Made by a program: the position numbers and the translations under genes. Under the pieces are notes generated by a model. It ran no database searches. It was not told the origin of the DNA and was given only the letters and a program-made list of their open reading frames with translations. Of a DNA stretch of 58,476 nt, positions 56,143 to 58,476 are shown one piece after another. Each line of letters opens with the position of its first letter. Position 1 is the first letter of the stretch. Source of the DNA: an uncultured Gammaproteobacteria bacterium (GTDB lineage Bacteria > Patescibacteriota > Patescibacteriia > UBA1558 > GWA2-36-10); assembly GCA_964394835.1 (NCBI GenBank), contig CAYMZA010000001.1:1-58476 (forward strand), read 5' to 3'.

Positions 56143-56889
56143 TTAATTAAAGAATCTATCAGGCCCAACAATTACCTTTAGTCTTTGTGGTGTGACAGTA
56201 ATTTTGGCAGGAGTTTTCATAATTATATGCTTGTCAGTAATAATAGGCACTTGATCTTCTTGGTTGCTGGTTATTTTAATTTCATTAAACGGTAGCGTAG
56301 TACCAGATAGGCTTTTTTTGCCTAATAAGCTTGTTTTTACAGGGGTTATAACAAGGTCTAGAACACCATCAACGGGGTTGATACTATTTGAAATATTTTG
56401 ATTATTAGGAAAATTATATAAAGCAATATGGTTATTTTCCGTTGTTGGTTGTATTTTAAAGTTATTATATTGAATAGTAACATCTCCGTTTATAATTTCA
56501 GCAGTGTTAATAAAATAATGATTATTAATTTTACCTAAGTCTATCTTTTTAATTATTCTAGAAGCTAAAACCTCACAAGCTAAAACTTTTGGTGGTATGC
56601 CAAGAACCTCTGCTATATTATTATTATCAACAGGAATAAGGCCCAAGACCACATCAAGATCTGCCACTACATTTATAACCTTAGAAAAGGTTTGATTGTC
56701 ACCAACAACAACAACGGTTTCTACACCATCTTTTACAGCGTCAGATATCAATTCTTTCATATTTTTTAGAATAGACAACTTAGCTACTCTACCCTTTATT
56801 CCCAGATCAGTTATTCTTTGTTCTATTTTTATAAGTAAGCCGCTGTATTTTTTATCGTTTAAAAATGAATCGTAAACGTATAAATACAT
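56143..56889 (-). CDS. diacylglycerol-kinase/NAD-kinase-fold protein with degenerate GGDGT motif
   Basis: ETVVVVGDNQTFSKVINVV...LGLIPVDNNNIAEVLGIP parallels the DAGK_cat pattern (GGDGT ... P.GTgN), but the glycine-rich loop reads GDNQT. Confidence 0.5.
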   Translation of the reverse strand: MYLYVYDSFLNDKKYSGLLIKIEQRITDLGIKGRVAKLSILKNMKELISDAVKDGVETVVVVGDNQTFSKVINVVADLDVVLGLIPVDNNNIAEVLGIPPKVLACEVLASRIIKKIDLGKINNHYFINTAEIINGDVTIQYNNFKIQPTTENNHIALYNFPNNQNISNSINPVDGVLDLVITPVKTSLLGKKSLSGTTLPFNEIKITSNQEDQVPIITDKHIIMKTPAKITVTPQRLKVIVGPDRFFN

Positions 56890-56891
56890 AA

Positions 56892-57305
56892 TTATTTTTC
56901 TTCTTTAGGCTCTTCTTTTGTCCTTTCTTCTTTAGGCTCTTCTTTCGTTATTATTTGTTCAATAGGCATTGTAATTTGACCATTTATTAAAGCGCCTGTT
57001 TCAATAGATATAATTTGTGCTTTAATATCACCTAAGATTACCGCAGCACTTGTTATTTCTAATTTGCCCTTAATATAGACGTTGCCCTTTATTTTGCCCG
57101 ATATAAAGGCATTATTAGCTTTAATTCCAGCCTCAACTATAGCCTCAGGACCTATTTTAAGGTTCTTTTTTGTTTGTAGGCTACCAATTAATGTACCTTC
57201 GACAATAAGGTCTCCGTCTCCTTTAAAATTTCCTTCAACTCTTACGGACGGGCCAATGATAGTTTCTATTGTTTTGTGCTGCTTTGCTTCTTTTTTGTTA
57301 AACAT
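56892..57305 (-). CDS. bactofilin
   Basis: IIGPSVRVEGNFKGDGDLIVEGTLIGSL...ISGKIKGNVYIKGKLEITSAAVILGDIKAQ is the beta-helical bactofilin repeat pattern. Charged KEEPKEE tail. Confidence 0.85.
   Translation of the reverse strand: MFNKKEAKQHKTIETIIGPSVRVEGNFKGDGDLIVEGTLIGSLQTKKNLKIGPEAIVEAGIKANNAFISGKIKGNVYIKGKLEITSAAVILGDIKAQIISIETGALINGQITMPIEQIITKEEPKEERTKEEPKEEK
56898..56945. repeat. 21-nt exact direct repeat, 27-nt period
   Basis: ttcttctttaggctcttcttt occurs at 56898-56918 and 56925-56945. It encodes the KEEPKEE(R/K) repeats of the bactofilin tail. Confidence 0.9.
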
Positions 57306-57648
57306 ATGGTTATATAATTATTATTTAGTTATATTTCTTTTAACTAAGTAAATATTAATGTAAAGAGATAAAAAAGTCAAAGGTAATAAGTGTGGACTTT
57401 TATTTTTTATTGTATTATATTATACATAGTGATAAAAATTAAAGAGGTAAAGATTTTCAGGTAATTTATATTATAAAAACATCATCTTTGCTATAGGTAT
57501 TATTTTGTGTACTTTTCTTGTAAAACAGCATTTTAAAATAGTGTAAAAAGCTTAAAAATATTACCTTAATTTTTTCATTTTACGACACTAAAGATAGTTA
57601 AAGGTTGGTAAAAGAAGAACAAAAAACCGCTATTTTTAGGGGTTCCCA

Positions 57649-57723
57649 GATCCTATAGTTTAATGGACAAAACAAGAGCCTCCTAAGCTCTAGATCTAGG
57701 TTCAATTCCTAGTAGGATCACCA
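57649..57723 (+). tRNA. tRNA-Arg (anticodon CCU), CCA encoded
   Basis: Manual cloverleaf: acceptor GATCCTA/TAGGATC, D stem GTTT/AAAC, anticodon stem AGAGC/GCTCT with loop CT-CCT-AA, T stem CTAGG/CCTAG with loop TTCAATT, discriminator A plus CCA. 75 nt in total. Confidence 0.9.
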
Positions 57724-57738
57724 CCTTTGTTTAATAAG

Positions 57739-57766
57739 TTTACTATTGTTATTATTGTGGTATAAT
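57739..57766 (+). promoter_or_regulatory. candidate extended -10 promoter for the CNNM-type gene
   Basis: TTTACT (57739-57744), 16-nt spacer, and TGgTATAAT (TG at 57758-57759, TATAAT at 57761-57766). Confidence 0.45.
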
Positions 57767-57863
57767 ATATTTATGAAGAGTTTAAGTGAAGCAAGCTCGA
57801 GATTTAAAAAAATAAGTTTTATAACTAGGTCTAATTTTAGGCCGTTTTTTAATTAATAAAATT

Positions 57864-58476
57864 ATGGGTTATTTTATTTTATTTGTTTTAATGCTTTTTT
57901 CAGCTTGGTTTTCTGGTATGGAGATAGCTTTGTTTTCTTTGTCTCCTGCTAAGATTAGGGCATTAACACTAATTAAAGGTAAAAAAGCAGTAATTTTACA
58001 AAGAATACTGGGTAATAAGCATAAACTGTTAGTTACTATTCTTTTAGGGAATAACCTAGTAAATGTAGCTGCTGCAAGTTTAGCAACTGTTTTGGCAATT
58101 GATATTTTTGGGTCAAGTGGTGTTGGTATAGCTACCGGTATTATGACTTTTATAATACTATTATTTGGAGAAATTTATCCAAAAGCGTATTTTCATGTAA
58201 ATGCAGAAAAATTGGCACTTTTTTTTGCACCACTTGTATATTTTGTACAAATACTATTTTTCCCTTTAATTATATTTTTAGAAAAAATATTGAAATTCTT
58301 GATTAAGAATAAAAAAGTAGAACCCATTTCAGAAAAAGAATTTAAAGCATTTAGTCGTTTAGCAGTAGAAAAAGGTGTTTTTGATTTTGAAAAACACGAA
58401 ATGATAATGAATGTATTAAAATTTAATGATATAGATGTTAAAAGTATAATGACACCAAGATATAAAATTAGTGTAT
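57864..58476 (+). CDS. CNNM/CorC/TlyC-type (DUF21 + CBS) membrane protein, 3'-truncated by the window edge
   Basis: Open frame from the ATG at 57864 to the window end. SGMEIALFSLSPAKIRAL, LLGNNLVNVAAA, FGEIYPKA, then the start of the CBS region DVKSIMTPR. Absent from the ORF track because no stop codon is reached. Confidence 0.8.
   Translation, partial: MGYFILFVLMLFSAWFSGMEIALFSLSPAKIRALTLIKGKKAVILQRILGNKHKLLVTILLGNNLVNVAAASLATVLAIDIFGSSGVGIATGIMTFIILLFGEIYPKAYFHVNAEKLALFFAPLVYFVQILFFPLIIFLEKILKFLIKNKKVEPISEKEFKAFSRLAVEKGVFDFEKHEMIMNVLKFNDIDVKSIMTPRYKISV

Noticed and set aside
57373-57412. Hairpin AAAAGTC-N16-GACTTTT with a T-run in the bactofilin/tRNA spacer as a terminator or sRNA 3' end, and the 27-codon ORF at 57773-57856 upstream of the CNNM gene.
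   Set aside because: The stem is A/T-rich with a 16-nt loop, and no convergent transcript ends there. The short ORF has no SD and no conservation cue. Neither can be supported from sequence alone.
1-58476. Alternative genetic code (for example UGA recoding as in Gracilibacteria/Absconditabacteria), or widespread pseudogenisation.
   Set aside because: Large conserved genes (rpoB 1134 aa, rpoC 1293 aa, polA 902 aa, PBP 973 aa, ftsK) are uninterrupted full-length ORFs under the standard code with normal termini. The only start/stop anomaly seen is the truB 5' end.

Overview
Very AT-rich bacterial chromosome segment (hand counts on typical lines give about 15-30% G+C). It uses the standard genetic code and is tightly packed. 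The gene repertoire suggests a Patescibacteria/CPR (Parcubacteria-like) genome: short-form YidC, tandem TrbC/VirB2-like mini-pilins, GlgA/GH57 glucan genes, DUF2079, FemAB, a short Mur ligase, and many polytopic envelope proteins. That lineage call is inference only. Housekeeping content: polA-holA, rpsT, truB, a class A PBP, tyrS, yebC-ruvC, recA, a RodZ-like gene, ftsK, rpoB-rpoC, ruvA, the origin-proximal locus dnaN-dnaA / rpmH-rnpA-yidD-yidC, bactofilin, tRNA-Arg(CCU) and a partial CNNM/CorC-type gene. Accessory content: an alpha-glucan island (two glgA paralogues, GH57, two kinases, a GalT-like HIT enzyme), two envelope glycoconjugate clusters, an orphan solute-binding lipoprotein, and four tandem VirB2-like pilin paralogues. 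The most unusual signals are two short, strongly GC-enriched islands. One is a self-contained lipoprotein gene at 25241-25906. The other is a structured leader or 33-codon mini-ORF at about 49804-50036, in front of a peptidase-U32-like/ferredoxin operon. The two islands are 24.6 kb apart but share a near-consensus promoter and colinear leader motifs (TTGACAAAAC ... TGTTCGTTA ... AACCC-SD). Other points worth a second look: a 180-bp perfectly identical block shared by two pilin paralogues whose exposed N-terminal parts differ, a truB whose conserved N-terminus has no canonical start codon, and an orphan promoter-plus-terminator unit (candidate sRNA) at 18331-18446. No CRISPR array, transposase, integrase, rRNA or reverse transcriptase was seen.
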